A DNA stretch of 64,000 nucleotides from Callorhinchus milii. Lineage: Eukaryota. Position 1 is the stretch's first letter, and each line of letters starts with the position of its first letter. Below are positions 25,885 through 39,597 of this stretch, one piece after another. The stretch spans positions 102,612,001 to 102,676,000 of the forward strand of contig NW_024704743.1 in NCBI RefSeq assembly GCF_018977255.1, read 5' to 3'. Position numbers and translations under genes: made by a program. The notes under the pieces were generated by a model, which was not told where the DNA came from, searched no databases, and saw only the letters and a program-made list of their open reading frames with translations.

Positions 25885-28469
25885 TGTTTAGAATATATTC
25901 AGGACAGTTTTTTGGAACAATATGTTTTAGAACCAACAAGGGAACAAACCATACTGGATTTGGTGATGAGTAATGAGTCAGAACTAATTAACAATCTGAC
26001 ATTAAGGGAACATCTTGCAAATAGTGATCATAATATGATTGAATTTGACATTAGATTTGAGAGGGAGAAGGGAGAGTCACAGACCAAGGTTTTAAATTTA
26101 AATAAGACAAACTTTGATTCGATGAGAAATATATTGACCACAATAAACTGGGCTGGATTGTTAGTGGGTAAACCTGCAGATGAAGAATGGGAAGTATTCA
26201 AAAAAGTATTTGATACAATACAGAACAAGTACATAGCCCTAAAATGCAACCATGGTGGACAAAAGAGATTAGAGACCGTATCAAGCTAAAAGAAAAGGAT
26301 TACTCAAATGCAAGAAAAAGTGGGAATGCAGAGGACTGGGGGACTGCAAATGGCAACAACGGGATACAAAGAAAGTAATAAGAGGAGCAAAAAGGAGTAA
26401 GAAAAAAACTTTCAAGGGACATTAAAAGCAATAGTAAAAGCTTTTGTAAATATGTTAAAAGAGAATGGTCAAGGGGAATGTGGGTCAGTTCAAGACAAAT
26501 GTAGGTGAGACTATAACAATAACAACAAAAACAACAAAATTACATTTATAGAGCGCCTTTCAGGTCGGGAGCATACCCCAAGGCGCTAGACGGAAAATAA
26601 GGAAATTGCTTACTTGTTAAATAAATACTTTGCTACCATTTTTACAGTAGAGGATGAGGACAAAATACCAGCCGTACAGGGAACCTAAAAATAAGTCAAA
26701 GAGAAATGCTTAATAAAATTAATATAAATAAAAAAAGTTCATGAAGAAAATAATCAGACTCAAGATAAGCAAATCTCCAGTATCTGATAGTTTCTACCCC
26801 AGGGTGTTAAAGGAGATGAAATTGCAGATGCATTAGTCATACTTTTCTAAAGCGCACTAGATTCAGGAATTGTGCCCTTTGATTGGAAAATTGCGAATGT
26901 CACCTCTTTTTTTAAGAAGGGAGGGAGGGAGAGGGAGCAACTAGGAAACTACAGACCTCTTAGCTTAACGTCAGTTGTAGGGATAATCCATCATCAGGGA
27001 CAGAGTAACTGAACACTTGAACAAGTATGAACTAGTCAAAGAGAGTCAGCATGGGTTTGTGAAGGGTAGGTCGTATTTGACTATCTAGTTGAATTTTTTG
27101 AGGAGGTCACTAAAATGATGGATAAGAGAGTATCTATGGATGTTGTTTATATGGACTTTCAGAAGGCATTTGATAAGATTCCACACAAAAATTAGTAGCG
27201 AAAATGAAAGTGCATGGAGTCGGCGGTTACCTTGTGACATGGCTTGGTAATTGGTTGGGAGGCAGGAAACAGAGAGTAGGGATAAAGGGAACATTCCCTG
27301 ATTGGCGGGAAGTAACAACTGGTGTCCTCCAGGATTCTGTACTGGGACCTCAGCTATTCGCCATATATATATAAATGACTTGGATGAAGTAATAGAAAGT
27401 TTTATATCCAAGTTTGCAGACAACACTAAGTTAGGACACGCCTAATAATAATCCCTCCAAAACCAAAAACAATAATAAATTGGTCATTTTCAATCTACGA
27501 CTGTTTGTGGGACATTGATGTGCGCAATTGGCTGCCGCGTTCGCCCACAAATATACAGTCAATTCACTTTACAGTGTGTTCTGTGAAGCACTTTGGGACG
27601 TCCTCCCGACGTGAAAAGCACTATATCAAATGCAAGGATTATTATTATTATATTATTATTATAGGAGACTCAGTAAGTTGTGTAGATGGGAGTAGAACGT
27701 TACAAAGGGACTTAGACAGATTAAATGAATGGGCAAAGCCTTGTCAGATGAAGTTCAATGTAGGGAAGTATGAGGTCATCCATTATGAATCGAAAAAAAA
27801 TAAAGCAGAATATGTTCTTAATGGGGAGAAATTAAGAACTGTCGAGGAGCAAAGAGATTTGTCTATATCCACAAATCACTAAAAACTAGTTCCAGGTGCA
27901 AAAAGTAATCAAGAAGGCAAATGGAATGTTTGCCTTTAACTCAAGAGGCCTGGAATACAAAGATATATTGGCCTTGGAGGGGGTGCAGCATAGGTTCACC
28001 AGAATGTTACCAGGCCTAAAAGGGTTAAGTTACGAGGAAAGGCTGCATAAACTTGCATTGTATTCCCTTGAGTTTAGAAAGTTGAGGGTGATTTGATTGA
28101 GGTATTTAAGATGATTTAGGGATTCAATAGGGTAGATACAGAGAAGCTGCTTCCTCTGGTGGGAGAATCCATAGTCTTAAAATTAGAACCAGGCCATTTA
28201 AGAGTGAAATCAGGAAGCATTTTTTCACTCAAAGGGTGGTACAAATCTGGAATTCTCTCGCCCTGAAAGGCCATGGGTGCTGGATCCATCCACACTTTCA
28301 AGAGTGAGGTTGATAGATGTTTGTAGGTCAGGGTAATAAGGGATATGGGGAGAAAGCAGGAAATTGTAATTGAATGGATGAGTTGAGGTACAAATCAGCC
28401 ATGATCTAATTAAATGGTGGAACAGGCTCAAAGGGCTGAATGGCCTACTCCTGTTCCTATGTTCCTATG
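25885..28469 (+). mobile_element. CR1 LINE (older, frameshifted) with nested L2 tail (26514-26590, -) and SINE (27437-27661, +)
   Basis: EPTREQTILDLV, SDHN, NYRP, QHGF, KFA; cctactcctgttcctatgttcctatg tail. Confidence 0.95.
27437..27661 (+). mobile_element. Young SINE, 5'-truncated
   Basis: Near-identical to 39598-39830; flanked by tagga on both sides (probable TSD). Confidence 0.9.
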
Positions 28470-29599
28470 GACTTATGTGGCAATATAAAACAAACATAGT
28501 TCCTATAATCATTGATACAACTGGGACTAATAATACGACTATTCAAAAATGGCTGGACAAAATACACTATTATTATTATATATTTACTTATTAATAAATT
28601 ATTATTATAACTCCTAAAAGTCTCTTTCAACTTCCCCCTTAGCAAGTTTTGTTATGTTCATGGAATAAGCTTGGTGTCAGCCGAGCTCAGTTGGGAGCAC
28701 TCTTGCCTCTGAGTCAGAAGGTTGTGGGTTTAAAGCCCACTGTTGAGACTTTAAGGTCTCATAGAGCAGAACTCACCTGGGAAGGATCTGACTCATAGAT
28801 ACATCTGAATTATACATATAAGTCAGTGATTCTATCACAAAAGACTAAGGTATATACTTGCAGCATTTCTTTCCAGGAAGCACATGCTGTTTTCTGATTT
28901 TTTTCAGTATGTCTCAATTATTATTCTTTTCTCTCCACTGGCGTATGTCTCTGTGCTCCTGGTCTGGTCTCCTTTGTGTCACAGCCAGGTCTGACCTCTT
29001 CCCACCTGGTTGCTACAGAAGCGCACAACCAATAGAGGGTGGTGTACAGGGAAAATGAGGAGGAATCTGGCTGGTTTTCCCCTCAATCCCAAAGAAGGCT
29101 GTGGTCAATTTAATCTCCCCATGCACTAACATGAAGATTAACAGACCAAAATATTCAGCACAAAGCAATATTTGAACCAGCAAATGCCCGGTCTGTGAGC
29201 TGTAGCTCTGCTCGCTCCATCATCGAGGCTGCCCATCGGTGTCTATGAAAATGAAGAAGCCTATGACAGGACAGGAGTTGGAAGATTTTTTTTCCAACAG
29301 TTGTGGAAATGCAAGATATGTGGACCAGTTCCACAAAAAAGCAGCTGATAATATGCCATTGTACATTTATATTGTCACAGGTGATGTTACAGTGCAGTCA
29401 GATGGAGCGAGATATCCAATTTATTCTTACTGCTCTACATCACATTGAATTAGGAGCACAAGAAAACAAGCATCTAACTTAAATACCAAAATTAAGTGAC
29501 ATAGAATTATATACAATGTTACAGCACAGAAACAGGCCATTTAGCCCAAATGGTCTGAGCCAGTGTTCATGCTCCAAGTGAGTCTCCACCCCTATTCAT

Positions 29600-29952
29600 G
29601 GAGTTCTTGTGGTTCAGTGATTAGAGCACTCACCTCGCAAGTGAGAAACCTGGGTTCGATTCCTGGGGAAGTTTCCTTACTCCGTACGCCTCTGTTTATC
29701 TAGTAGTAAGTAGGAACCCAGTTGTTAGTCGAATGGTGGATCACTTTTCCAGGGTTAGTAATTCCTTCAAAAAAATAATAATAAATTTGTCACTTCAAAT
29801 CTACGACTGTTTGTGGAACACTGCTGTGCAAAATTGGCTGCTGTGTTTTGCCCACAAAATATAGTCAATTCACTTACAGTATATTCTGTAAAGTGCTTTG
29901 AGAGGTCTCAAAGATGTGATAAGGTGCAAAATTAAATACAAAAATCATTATT
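29600..29952 (+). mobile_element. tRNA-derived SINE, full length
   Basis: Head with A-box-like segment and B box ggttcgattcc, central domain, Deu-like domain, tail. Confidence 0.9.
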
Positions 29953-32900
29953 TCCCTTCTGTTACCCTATACTCTCTTCTTCCTCATAGATTTGAGGGAA
30001 TGAAAGCAATGTTACATTAGTTAGATAGTAACTGTTTATTATTCATTAACCTGCCACACGTTGTTCAAGTTGTGAACAGAACTGCCTTAATATTGCCAAC
30101 AAAACAATAAAATGACCTTTTTGTATTTTCTGTAGTGTACACTAGTTTAGTGTATTTTTGTCAGCTGGGTGTCAGAACCCCATTACCATGCTTAGGAGTC
30201 TATAAAACAGAGTGTATCTTGTAAAAATCTGCTGGCTCATAGCTGCCTAAGTAGTGACAGTCACAGTATTTAATGTACTAGTACCAGGATGATATATCTA
30301 ATATAATTAGCAAGAGAACACTTTGAATGCTCCCCACAGGCATAATTGGAAGGAATAAATGTATAATTGTTCTGCTCGATGTTTTTCACAGATCAAGTGG
30401 GGACAAGACTAAAGCGTGATACGCCCACCTTCACACTTTACTGAAAAACAGGTGGAGAACATTTACTGGAAAATGTTCACACATCTACTATTGTAAATTA
30501 TTTCCATAAATAACATGAAAATCATAAGGTAGCAAGAGCAGTAAAGATGAAATGCTTTATCCCATGTAATGTCAGCTTTAAATAATAACCACCCTACTTC
30601 TTTCTAACATTAAATCCAACATCCAATTATTTCTACTCTAGTCCAGTGGCTTTGACCGCCTTGTTTGGTAACCTGCTCCAGTTGTTAATAAAATACTTTC
30701 TGGAATCTGGCCTGGAATTGCCCTTCACAACTCTGAAACAAATGTAATGCAAATGCAATGCAAATGAGTTTGCAAGATTGGTTTGGATGATCTCATCCTT
30801 CCAGAAGACTTCCCAGAGCATCATCAAGCTTATTTTTAAAAATGAGTTCAATGTTCTGGCCTCAATCACCCTTCCTGAAAACCTGTTCTAGTCATTAATT
30901 ACCTTCTGGGTAAAGAAATATGTTCTGATGTCTGTCCTGGATGTCTTTGCAACTCTAAACCTATGACCTCTTGTTGTACTGTCTTCGTCCCACAAAACAT
31001 ACAGTCATTCACTTTACAGTATATTCTGTGAAGCGCTTTGAGACATCTCGAAGACATGATAATATCAAATGGAAGAATTATAATATTATTATTATCTAAA
31101 AGTAAGTGAAACTATTGTTTTCTGGAATTACTTTCTCAGTGAATGTTCTACCTTTTTAAATATTGTATCACATTAGTTTCTGCTAATATTTACACACAAG
31201 CATCAAAAAATAAAATAATACTATTGTATGCAGGAATGCTGGTGATGGGAATGATTGCATCAACGTTAATTGTGAATTAAAAATAACTACTGGAAATAAA
31301 ATATTTAATCTCCAACCATATGTATGGCATAAATCCTAAATTCCTGCCGTGGTAAAAGTCCCATCTGCTTTCTTTTCACAACCAGCAATTGTAGAGCTCC
31401 ATGCCAAATAGCAGATTCAAGTTGCTAAATAGTCCTTATGGTATCACAATAAAAAAAAGGAAGCATATTTTCCCAAATGTTATTTTATCACAGTCAGTCT
31501 AGTACACAACCAGATGTTTGAAAATAGCAATAACCTGTGTGTGGGTTACATACAAGCTGATTGTCCAATGCCTCCATGCGTCACTGCAACCAGGCAGCCA
31601 TCACAACGGTAAGACCAAGTATCCCATCGAGTCAATAATAATATCGAGTCAAGAATAATCCTTGCATTTGATATAGCGCTTTTCACGTCTTCTAGGCATC
31701 TCAAAGCATTTCGCAGAATATACTGTGAAGTGAATTGATAGTATATTTGTGGGCGAAATGCCCACAAATAAGCGTCTGTGGAGTCAAATAGGAGTCAAGT
31801 CCAGAAACAGCATCAGTCCATTCATTAATGCTTTAAGATGAAATTTGAAATTCTCATCCCTAATCTGTGCCAAGCAAACAGTTCAGTTAAGATACTGAAC
31901 CAGTTTTGAAATGGTATGATGATAATAATAATCAATAATAATATTTCAAAATAATAATATTTGCACTTAATATTGCACCTTACCGTGTCATTGAGATGTA
32001 TCAAAGCATTTCATAGGTCCGTGGACAGCAGATTCAAAGTAGATATAGGCCAGCTTGGTGACTACCTCAAGCAGCTTTGGACCCAATTATTTTGACAACG
32101 TTGGGAGGGGTTGGGGTGGCTTCACTAATTATTAACCAGGACAGCACCAGGAGCAGAGTGTCTGATGATGTGTTGATTATCATCAGTCTTAATTTAGGAC
32201 ACAGAATGTATGTTGCAATTTCACCCAGAACTAGCAACATACGCAATATTCATTTTAATTTACAAACAAAAAACAAGCTGCTAAAATTGCCTTTGCATTT
32301 TAGTGAAACATAACCTTAATGATGAAAGTACAATGGCATTTTATAATAACTGCAATGGATGAACATTACAGAATTTGAAGACTCCCTGGTTAAATTGCTT
32401 TTCCCAGCACTATTCCAGGATTACATTTAATATCTTCACGAAAGGCCAATTACACCATAATGAAAATGTGCCAAGATATAACATTCACCACACCACCCCT
32501 GTGCCCCAGTACTATATTATTACTTGTACTTAAAGCAGGAAAAATGTATTCATTTTAACCATCATAATGGTTGGAGGTGAGAGTAGCCACCAGAGTCATT
32601 GTGTTTTTTACCTATTATGTTACAAGAAGTGTTTGTCAGCTGAGTGCTTTGAGTGCAGGAGATGGGTTGTCATTACAGTAGTGTAATGATTAAGGAGAAA
32701 AGCCCAGTAAGGAAACGACAAACAATTCTAAAGAAAATAACTTTTTTGTTACTATTGTTAAAAGATAAGCCTCAGTGAAGGTACTTATCACTATATCTTA
32801 AGGAATTATTTTAGTTACTACTATTACCGGGAGTTTTCTTCAAAGTCTCAGCATGTAGGTCAGTCAACATGCCAGAAGTTCTTCATATGAATAAACTTTT

Positions 32901-34074
32901 CAAATAAGAAACAAAGAATTATTTCAATGTACACATCTATGCTTTGCCAATCTTTTTCTAACTGTTTAACAAGTGTTGAATTTCTGATGATGTGTTTATC
33001 ATGCATCTCTGGCACCAAATTGTCATGATTTGACAGCTATTCAATACCAAACGTCTGGCATAAACGAAGGCAGACAGTGGGAATAAGGCTGCATCTTCTG
33101 TGCACTTGAAACTGAAAATACCTAAAATACCCAAAATAAATAATTATAAAACAGGATAATTAACCAAAGGATCAAAGAAACAGAGGTTTAATGAGCCTCA
33201 AAATGATACAAGGGTGTCAATTATGTGGTTTTGGGGAAGTTCAAAGAGTTGTGAAAAACAACTTGCATTTATATTGCACCCTTTGCATCTCAGAGCCCTT
33301 GATAGGGATGGTCGAAAACACTGAGTGAAATCAAAAAAGATCACCAAAGGAAGTCCGCCCAATGCACAAATTAGAAAGCAGAGGAACTACAGTCACCGAG
33401 AAGCATTTCAATTCAGGTGCACTACCCACTATCTTCAGTCTTCCAGTATATTACACCCTTACTGGAGATGCATGAGAGTTGATATACTTTTTTCAACCTA
33501 ACTCAAGTCTTAATTCTCCCAAGGACACATCAGCCATGCCTTCACTTCAGAAAGATGCAGTCTTGCACCAATTGGTGCGAAACTATCCAGATTTGTACAT
33601 AAATCACTAGCTTTAGAACTGTGGCAGCTGTGTTAGCAGGGAAACAGAGAAGCTGCCTTAACATGCATAACATGGATAGTTAGAATCATTCTAAGATTAA
33701 TTTGCAACCCACTCTGAAAAGCATGGTGTCAATTATGTGGTTTTGGGGAAGTACAAAGAGTTGTCAAAAACAACTTGCCCTTATATTGCACCCTTTACAT
33801 CTCAGAGCCCTTAATAGGGATGGTGGAAAACGCTTATCTGTAAAGAAAATATTCCTTGAAATTGGGCCAGATGCATTCCAGAAGTGCGATATGATATACA
33901 TTTAAATGTGTTTACAGTCAGCATCAGAGACTTAGAAAGAGCTATTATATGATCGATCTGGACTTTCGCACTGTATTCAAACATTGACAGCGAGATTGCA
34001 TTGTTGAATTGAACTCCTGCTGAATTTTAGCAAAATCAATAATTGAATATTAATGTCTATTAATTTAATTATTG

Positions 34075-34677
34075 ATAATAATAATCCTTGCATTTGATAT
34101 AGCTCCTTATCGCGTCTTTGAGACGTCTCAAAGTGCTTCACAGAATATACTGTAAAGTGAATTGACTATATATTTTGTGGGTGAAACTTTGATATTTTGA
34201 TAATAATAATAATAATAATCCTTGTATTTGATGTAACACTTTTCATATTGAAAGAAGGTCTCAAAGGACTTCATAGGATTTTACTGAAAAATGCACTAAC
34301 TGCATATTTTGTAGTCAAATGCAACAGTTAATTTGCACAAAGCATTGTTCCACAAACAGCCATATGTGAATGACCAATTATAAAATGAATTGACACTATA
34401 TTTTGTGGGCAAACGCGGCAGCCAATTGTCCACAGCAGTGTCCCAGAAACAGTCGTGAATTTAGTGACCAATTTATTATTATTAATTTTTTTGGAAGGAA
34501 TTATTACCCCTGGAAAAGTGATCCACCAATCGACTAACGACCGGTTTCCTACTTACTGATGGATAAATAGAGGAGTGTGGAGTAAGGATACTTGCCCAAC
34601 ATTTCGCCCTGCCGGGAATCAAACTCTGGTCTCTCACTTAAGAGGTGAGTGCTCTAACTACTGAGCTACAGGACTCC
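34075..34677 (-). mobile_element. Cluster of three SINE pieces; the last includes the tRNA head
   Basis: Two reverse-complement tails (taatccttg..tttga) and head ctgagctacaggactcc. Confidence 0.85.
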
Positions 34678-35804
34678 ACAATTGGGACCCAATGGAGCCT
34701 GGCAGTGTTTCGTGCAGGTGAGTATCTGAACAGAGGAATTTTGAAATAATTGGATTTTGTGTATGGTGAAGCTGGGGAGACCAGCAAGCAGGGCATTGGA
34801 ATATTTCAACCCACAACCCACAAATATACAGGTAATACACTTCACAGTATATTCTGTGAAGCGCTTTGAGACGTCTAGAAGACGTGAAAAGCACTACAAC
34901 AACAACAAGATTCCATTTATGCAAGGATTATTATTATTATTATTCAACTGAGAAGTGACAAAGGCGTGGGAATATTTTGGCTGCTTTGGTTCTGAGGTAT
35001 GGACAGAAGCGGGCAACGCGATGGAGGTGAAAAAAAACGGTCCTGGTCAGGGAACGGTTCTGGGGTAGAAAGGTAGAAAGGAACTTCACCCTAAGTCTGC
35101 GGATGATATCACCAAGAAGGAATATGTAGGTAAGGAAAAGAATGTGGCTAAGGATGGAGACTTGGGATAGCCTACATAAGTGATCAGGTGGAGGCGGAAG
35201 GAATAAACATACAATGAGTTGTTTTCGCGGCCTATTTAGATACTGATTTAATTAAGTCAACAAAGTAATATTGAGATGTATGCTCTCCTGTCTGTGGATC
35301 TCCACTTGAAAATTACAACATAAACATAAAACATACAGATTAATGGTCTGATTTCTCTGCAACTGGCTAAGGAAATTGCTCACGCCAATCAAACTCAAAA
35401 CGTGTGGAAGGAGTCCTTTAACGGCAGCTCAGTGAATAAAGCAAAAATGTTCCCTACAACCAATTATTTCCTTTCAGTGAACACCATTGCTGACCCTGAT
35501 TGGCAGCATGTTGTGTAAGTGCTCACGAAGCAAAGCCATTAATCTGTTTTGTTTATATCCTGGCTGCAGAATTCCCAGGTAATCAGGAGCAAATTATTTC
35601 TCAATAAAAGTCCAGTGGTGACATCAAAGTGATTAGCTGTCGAGTAAAATGTCTTCAGCTGTAAGGTGAAGAGACCTGAGAGTCAAGATGCACGCTGAGA
35701 AATCTCTTCCTCTCTAATTTAATTTTATTGAGAGATGAAGTAAAAGGATTTTGTAATTAAAGGTAAAATATTTTTAGAAGATAGAGGGATGTTATTTTCT
35801 GATG

Positions 35805-36195
35805 TAATAATCCTTGCATGTAATACAGCAGGAGGACATCTCAAAGCATTTCAAAGAACTTAATGTAAACTGAATTGACTGTGCATTTTCTAGGTGACTC
35901 CAACATCCAGATGCCCCACAAACATCTGTGAAGTGATTGACCAAATTTCATCTTGTGTATTGTTGGCCAGGACATCAGAAGGAACATGTTTCTTTTCTCA
36001 AATAGTGCCATAGGATCATTAATGTCCACTTGCAGTGGTTTAAAATCTCATATCACACACACCTCCAACAATACAGCTCTCCCCCCAGCAGTGCATTGGA
36101 GCATCAGACTGGACTGTGTTCCAAATCCCAACATGCGGTTTGAACTCTCAACGTTCTGACTCAGAGATGGGAGTTCCAGCAATTGAGCCAGGATA
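35805..36195 (-). mobile_element. Older Deu-type SINE (SacSINE/AmnSINE-like head)
   Basis: Reverse complement of ggctcaattgctggaactcccatctctgagtcagaacgttgagagttcaaacc...; related heads at ~17908, 28675, 54960 and 62580. Confidence 0.7.
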
Positions 36196-36789
36196 GTTCC
36201 TTGCTCCTGGATCTCTCTGCCGCGTTTGACACAGTCGACCACGCCATTCTCCTCTACGGCCTCTCCTCCTTCATCCACCTTAGTGGGACTGCACTGGCAT
36301 GGATCGAGTTCTACTTAACCAACCGGGGGAAGGAGGGGAAACCACTTCATCTCAGCAAATGGTTTCTCCTCCTACCCCCGTCTGATCACCTGCTGGGTAC
36401 CCCAGGGCTCCATCCTTGACCCTCTTCTTTTCCCTATCTATACACTCCCTCTGCAGACACTGGGTAAACTTCCACATGTATGCAGATAACACACAAATCT
36501 ACTTTGTCTCCTCCTGTACTAACTCCAGTACTACAGATGCTACTGGAGGAGACAATGTTCTATCAGCTCGTGTGGCAAACATCGGGGACTGGATGAGTGC
36601 AAACTTCCTGCAGCTGAATGTGGACAGATGGAATCCATACTCCTTAGCTCCTGTCAAAAACTTCACTTAAAAACAACAAAATTACATTTGTATAGCGCCT
36701 TTCACGTCAGGAGGACATCCCAAGGTGCTGGACAGTAAGTGTTTCGGACCCGTACTGGGGATCAGGATTGGGGAGGGTGGAGGGCATAG

Positions 36790-39395
36790 TCAACAACAAC
36801 AACAACAAGATTCCATTTATAGAGCGCCGTTCACGTCGGGAGGACGTCCCAAGGCGCTGTATAGTTGGGTCAGGACCCGAGCAGGGGGGTAAATGGTCAG
36901 GGTGAGGGGAGGGAAGGGAGGCAGCGAGGAGGGGGTAGAGAGTCGAGAGGGGAGCTGAAGGCACATTCAAAGAGAAAGATCTTGAGACCGGCCTTGAAGG
37001 AGGAAAGGGAGGAGGCAAGGCGAAGGTACTGGGGGATAGAGTTCCAGAGCCTAGGGGCTAAGAGGCTGAAGGCCCGGCCACCGATGGTAGGGCGGTTGGG
37101 GCGGGGGATGTGGAGCAGACCGGAGCCAGAGGAACGGAGGGTATGGGCAGGTAAGTAGGGGGATAGTAGGTCGGAGAGGTGTATGTCGGAGAGGACAGTA
37201 CACAAGCTGCACAGTTCTGAATGATCTGCAGCTTGTGGAAGGAGGTGTCGGGAAGGCCGGCGAGGAGAGAGTTCCCATCGTCCAGCCTTGAGGTGATAAA
37301 GGCGTGGACCAGTGTTTCAGCAGCGTGAGGGGTGAGGTAGTGCCGTAGTCTGGCGATATTCCGGAGGTGATGGAAGGCGGTGCCAGTTGTGGCGCGGATA
37401 TGTGGGAGAAAGGACAGCTCAGGGTCGAACAAAACGCCGAGGTTCCTGATGGCTTTGAGAGGTGGAGAGTGCAGCCTTGGATGCTGATGCTGTCAGCACC
37501 TGAGGTGCGGAGGCGCTGACGCGATCCAGTTAGGAGGGCCTCAGTTTTACGCACGTTGAGCTGAAGAAAGTTGTCTCTCGTCCAGGACTCGATGTCGGAC
37601 AGGCAGGCTGTCAGGACATCGGTGGTCGTGGAGTTGAGGGTAGAGGAGGAAAGGTAGAGTTGGGTGTCATCCGCATACATGTGGAAGTTAACCCCATGGC
37701 TGCGGATGATGTCACCAAGGGGGAGCATATAGAGGGTGAAGAGGAGGGGACCGAGGACAGAGCCCTGAGGGACACCGCACGAGACAGTGCGGGGGCCGAA
37801 GGAAAAAACATACGTGGAAACAAAGTGAAGATGGTGGGAGAGGTACGACCTAAACCACTCAAGGACAGGGCCTCGAAGGTTGAGGTGGGAGGACAAGCGG
37901 TGGAGGAGGATAGCGTGGTCGACCGTATTGAATGCTGCCGATAGGTCGAGGAGGACGAGGAGGCAGAGGGAGCCCTGGTCACAGGTGGTCAGGATGTCAT
38001 TGGTGACCTTGACCAAGGCAATTTCTGTGCTATGGGCAGCACGGAAACCCGACTGAAGGGGTTCGAATAATGAATGGGTTGAGAGGAAAGAGCACAGCTG
38101 GGAGGCGACAACTCATTCCAGGACCTTGGACAGGAAGGGGAGGTTGGAGATGGGCCGGTAGCTTGGTAGCTGCAACGCATCAAGGGAGGGTTTTTTCAAG
38201 GTGGGAGTGATGGTGGCAGTTTTTAAGGGAATGGGAACAGAGCCAGAGGAGAGGGACAGGTTGACGATATCTGTGATATGTGGGGCAAGGAGGTGGAGCT
38301 GGAAGATAAGGAGTGGAGTGGGGATGGGGTCAAGGGAGCAGGTGGTGGGTTTCAGGGATAGGATCAGTTTGGTGACAGAGGGTGGGGAGTCGGAGTGTGG
38401 GAGGAAGAGGGTGGGGGGTGAGTGGAAGTTGGAGGGGAAGTCACCTCGGAGCGAATTCCCTTGATTTTGGATTAAAGGAAATTCAGCATCTCCTCGCAGT
38501 GAAGGTTGGAGGAGATGACCTACGCGGGGTAGCGGGGGGGATGGAGGAGTCGGGATGTGGTAGAAAACAGTAGTCTGGGGTTGTTCTTCACCACCAGGAT
38601 TATCCTGGAGTAGAAGGACGACTTGGCCGAGGCTAGAGTGGAGTGGTAGATTTTGAGGAGGTCCAGCAAGATTTGACGGTGGACCGTTAGGCCAGATTTG
38701 ACGCAGGTGCGTTCAGCGGCCCGCATCTGGCTCTTCAGTGAGTGGAGATGGGTGGTGAACCAGGGGGAGGAGCGAGAGTAGGAGACAGTACGGGAGGTGA
38801 TGGGGGCAAGAGTATCGAGTGTGGAGGAGAGGGTGTTGTGGAGGAAGGTAAGAGGAGAAGTGGGGTCAGTGAGGATTGAAGGCCAGAGGTAGAGAAGTTC
38901 AGAGGACTCCAAGGCAGCGGTTAGGGATTGTGGGGGTAACTTCTTCCAGGGGTGGTAGAAGATGGTGGTGGTTCTGGTGGAGGTGGGGAGGGGGGTGGAG
39001 GTGGTGAAGGAGATGAAGTGTTGGTCGGAGACGGCCTTGTCGGTGATAGTGACATCCGAGACACTGATCACCAAGTCGAGTGGGTGGCCGTGACTGTGAG
39101 TGGGGAGTTGATGCGGAGGGAGAGGTTGTGCGAGGAGAGCAGGGAAGAGAAGTCTGAGGAGATATAGCAGGAGGGGGTGAAGTGTAGGTTGAAGTCACTC
39201 AAGATGATGAGGCGATCAGAGCAGAGGCAGAGAGATGTAAGAAGTGTCGAAATATCGGAGATGAAGGTGGGAGAGGTTTTAGGGGACCGGTAGAGGAGGA
39301 GGATTTTGAGTGAGAGGAAGGAGGCGTGGGAGAGGGTGAGGTGCTCGAAAGAGGGGAACGAGCCAGAGGAGTAGGGGGATAGGGCAAGTGGTGTC
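36790..39395 (-). mobile_element. Young L2 LINE, endonuclease through 3' tail, with internal deletions
   Basis: [38 protein letters not shown]; (AAC)n tail on the plus strand. Confidence 0.97.
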
Positions 39396-39597
39396 CTTGA
39401 GATAAGTCAAGTTTGCATAGTCAAGCCTGGATACTATGAATGCTTGCATGAGGGTTTCGGTGGCCTGCGGTGTGAGAAAGTGGCAGAGCAGGGGAATGTT
39501 GTGGGGGTGGGGGAAGAGATAGCAGGTCATGACACGGATGTGAAGTAGAAAGGATATTTTGAGAGTCAAACAATACACCAAAGTTCTGGACTGGCTT

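Larger units (their letters stand above)
21150..34020 (-). pseudogene. SAMD9/SAMD9L-like pseudogene, copy 2
   Basis: KVQIDHIIAL..FKCI..SG/SGP 33850-33970 (SAM); SCISSKGVIYW..D ~33430-33475 (ACMNSRTNGTIHF..D); WTDAV/LD ~31800-31822 (WFAVLEFD); LLPRQEF ~31340-31358 (IMPRGKF); L*HHL*QYKCTMA 29355-29393 (LYHHPGCGGTTLA, ungapped); AQLKLKSALQVFKSR..QPI 21456-21536 (EQMKEYAQALKNSFKGQ..QPI). DNA similarity to copy 4 around 33040 vs 62460. Confidence 0.65.

Noticed and set aside
29600..29675. tRNA-Ala-like sequences (also ~39860, 55847, 56995, 59695)
   Set aside because: They are SINE heads followed by SINE body, not tRNA genes.
35326..35556. Imperfect inverted repeat with CCAAT, homeobox-like and FOX-like motifs (enhancer- or MITE-like)
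   Set aside because: Only short arms match, and the region translates as the C-terminal part of copy 3; likely chance.
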